A stretch of 64,000 nt of DNA from Tricharina praecox (lineage: Eukaryota), in the NCBI RefSeq assembly GCF_024521635.1, contig NW_026250403.1, positions 2,418,001 through 2,482,000 on the forward strand. The letters are read 5' to 3'. Below, piece after piece: positions 60,839 to 64,000 of the stretch; position 1 is the first letter of the stretch, and each line of letters starts with the position of its first letter. The notes under the pieces were generated by a model. That model saw nothing but the letters and a program-made list of their open reading frames with translations, was not told where the DNA came from and ran no database searches. A program made the translations under genes and the position numbers.

Positions 60839-62142
60839 ATGCAACGGCCATACACAGTCATTCGAAGCACCACGTTCCTTATTGTCCCGCGACAAGACTA
60901 CACCGGTCTACTCACGGATCGAACAACTTTGAGGACAGCCGCAATCACTCTTGCGGACGGTGTTAAAACGCAATTCTCCTACGAGCAGCATTTCTCGACC
61001 GGAAGTAATGCTCCCTGCTCTGCACTGCACTGGACGCTTGCTAACCATCCGACCCTTCAGCTTCGGACGCCGCAAACCAAGAACCAGGGCCATCGTCCGG
61101 GCTCATCATCGGATTGAGCGTTGCGCTGCCCCTACTCTTCATCATGATTTCTGCGCTGGTCTACTTCGTCTTCCGCCGACGACGCCGACGGATGCAAGCT
61201 GCCAGAGCTCGAGAAAGCCAAAGGTCTTCAACATCGAAGACCAATAAACAATCTCCCAACTCATCAACCAACTCCAGTTGGCGGTCCTCCGACTCCTCTT
61301 CGCCACGGTATCCCCGCAGCGCCTCACCACCTCCTCCCACAATACACCTCTCTCCAGTGCCAGAAGCCCGGGGCCGAGCAAAATTGGTAACGATAACCAG
61401 TAATCGACCAGCCCTGCTTGACCGGATTCCCAATCGCAGTGACCCGGGCACTCCGCTCGCCGAACTCGAATCTCCCGGCTCGATAACCGATGGCGGCGAC
61501 CGGCTCACCACGATGTCGACACTCTTCAATAACCGCAGATGTACCCTCCCGCCGCTTCAAAACATCCACATCGAGCGCGCCAACACACGGCGCTCCTCCG
61601 TGCAAATGCCCTTCACCCCCAACTCGATCCAATCACGACCGCACAGCCCCGACATGGTCAGCGCCATGGCGGCCTCCCTCCAATCCTCGCCACTCGTAGT
61701 ACCTCGGCCGCGGTCCTCCTCATTCAACTCTGGCCCTCTCTCACCCACCCACTACCTCCCCCCACAATCCCGCAGCCCAAGCAACCTCTCCCGCGGCTCA
61801 CTACTTTCCGCGCCCTCTAAGACCCCGCCCATCGCGTCAATGTCCACGGGCGGCAGCAGCAGCAGCGGCACCTCATCCACCCCCCTCCAATCCTCGTCCA
61901 CCAGCGGGCACTTCTCATACGGCTACCAATCAGAGTACCCAGAAGTGTCTGGGCCGCCCCAGCCACCGATCCCACTGGGTATCGATAATCGACAGAAGGA
62001 GTTCCGGCTGCTCGCCGAAGAGGAGCGGCTGATCCGTGAGCGCGTCAGGGCTACAGAGGAGCTCATCCGCCTCAAGAATGAGGAGGCGAGGATACTCGAT
62101 CGAAAACGTCAGCTTGGCATCGCGTCCCCTGCGAGTAGATGA
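60839..62142 (+). CDS. Single-pass membrane protein with Ser/Pro-rich cytoplasmic tail (intron 61005-61060; 5' end uncertain)
   Basis: GLIIGLSVALPLLFIMISALVYFVF-RRRRRR (TM helix plus stop-transfer); C-terminal short coiled coil. Confidence 0.75.
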
Positions 62143-62932
62143 TGCAGACACTCACACACCCACCCATCCTACACGGCGACGACGGCGGCAGGGCGGAAAA
62201 CCAAAGCCTATGAAAACCTCTCTCCACCGGTTGCAAGAGCGACTCCAGATGGCGAGCGGAGCCATCGCGTTGATTACCCGCGCAGGGCAGCGAGGCGCGC
62301 CCACACAGTAGAGGAAATTCCAGCTGTAGTAACTACCAACAACGATGACTTCAGGTAGAGGGGGGGCTTTGGGATGTTTCCTACACAAAAAACATAAAAA
62401 AGACATCCCTTTTCGTTTCTATTGTACATACTTGATCCGATTATGAGTTGAAAGAAGCACTCCAAATGCAATGCATCTACATACATACACAGATAGTTAG
62501 TTACCATAGCAGTTATCATAGTAGTTATCATAGTAGTTATTTACTCGTTCCTGCCATCTGCAGCTGTTCCCTCCACTCCCGCAGTATTCCATGGGGGTCA
62601 GGGGTCAGGTCAAGGTGGAGGGTGGGGAATCGCTGGTTGACCGGCGATGGACCAACAGTTGGCCGGCGGTGGAGGTGGTGGTGGCAGTGGTGGTGGTGGT
62701 CATGTGTGGGGCCAAGGTTGCTGCCTGCTGCCTGGCCCTGATATATTGAGGTGGTCGGACCGGGGGGCATGGAGAATTCGAATTGCCCTTCCGGGCCTAG
62801 ACCGCGCCGTCATCGGTGAAGACGCGGGTTATGATCCCACATACTCCATAGCACCAGCACATAAATATTCCTCGCCGGCCGACGTGATGGCGAACTGCGC
62901 ATTCCCCCAGCCTCTTCGTGCCGGATCGCGAG

Positions 62933-62958
62933 CGAGAGAGAGAGAGAGAGAGAGAGAG
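62933..62958 (+). repeat. (GA)n microsatellite
   Basis: Direct observation. Confidence 0.9.
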
Positions 62959-63527
62959 CGAAGAACTAAGGGGCTCGTAATTGTGAAATGAGTTTTACGA
63001 GGAGAGGCGAGTGAGCGGCTGTGATTATGCGTGCGAACGATGGGAAAGTCCCCCGCGCCCCCAACCCCACACAGCCACTATCCAAGCACCCCAGCTTCCA
63101 TCGCAACATCCCCAAAGTCTCGTATGCACATTGTATATACGTATTGCATTTCAATCATATAAACCGTGTACACGAGCCGTATATGCCACATCACATCACA
63201 TCACATCACATCTCTCCTACCAAACAAAAATCAAAATACAACGATGTGTCGATGACGAGACAGAAGAAGTAAGAAGTAGAGATCTACGACATCAGAAAGC
63301 AAGTAAGGTAGGCAAGCAAACGTTTAAACAAAAGACGGGAAAGAAAGAAAAGAAAAAGAAAAAAGACACCCATAACAATTGATCCAAGTTCATAGAAGGC
63401 AATAACAAACTCCACGCCAGTCCGTTCAGTACATGAAGCCAGCAGTAAGCAAGAAGGAAACCAAAAAAGAGAAAACTGAAAAAGAAAAAAAGCGAGAAAC
63501 AAACATCCCAATATCGCATCATCGTAT

Positions 63528-64000
63528 TCACCGATGCTTGTACTTGTCCTCGCGAGCGCGCCTCCTCTCGGGCTCCATCGCATTGCCGACTCCCATCAAC
63601 GTGCGCCCAACAGCCTCACTGACGCCAATGACAGGCCTGATGACCGCCCTGGGAGCGGCTCTTGCGACCGCGGCTGCAACACCTCTCGCATCCCCCCCCT
63701 CCGCCATCTCGGCTGGCAATGTGAGGATCGCGTCTCTAGCCTCTCCGAAGTTACGTCTCAGGGACCTCGAGGCACCGCGCAATCCTAGTACAAAACGTGA
63801 GTAAATCCCCAAGTAATAGATGGGGATGGATGGACAAACCTTGCATCACACTCTCAGGCTGGTCAGCATACAGCGAGACGATACGTTCGCTGTCGGGCTC
63901 GTAGTCGTCATCCCCAACCTCAACCACAGCGTAGTTTTCGCTGCCACCAGAGAGCGCGCCTTCCGCGCTTTGCAACAACGCCTGGGTTCCAACTGCTACC
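63528..64000 (-). CDS. ATG2: Autophagy protein Atg2, C-terminal part (truncated by window edge, one intron ~63838-63785)
   Basis: GTQALLQSAE...SLYADQPESVMQG|LRGA...RAAPRAVIRPVIGVSEAVGRTLMGVGNAMEP..R...EDKYK matches the Atg2 C-terminal domain. Confidence 0.92.

Overview
This is eukaryotic DNA from a filamentous ascomycete, probably Pezizomycetes (inferred from protein character and TE types). It has spliceosomal introns, about 11 conventional genes and many TE relics (Tad1-like LINE, hAT, piggyBac, MITE/foldback, tRNA-derived SINE-like). Main discovery: three dispersed ~1.6-2.4 kb duplicated cassettes each hide a tiny two-exon gene that the ORF track misses. Each encodes a 35-38 aa a-factor-like lipopeptide pheromone precursor (MQPSIQIVSTA...N-[10 aa ending HYHMC]-TIC*, CAAX = CTIC), with three different predicted mature peptides. 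The cassettes show conserved TATA, PRE-like and HMG-like promoter motifs and signs of recent gene conversion. Second discovery: a ~1421-codon MFS gene with AMD1-like architecture is broken by a single in-frame UAG in a UUAG context, a candidate for sexual-stage A-to-I stop-codon repair. Other genes: a CCCH-finger protein, a coiled-coil protein, a C2H2+Zn2Cys6 transcription factor, omega-amidase, a probable pseudokinase, a secreted ABC substrate-binding-like protein, a single-pass membrane protein and the ATG2 3' end. All calls come from manual reading; no database searches were run.
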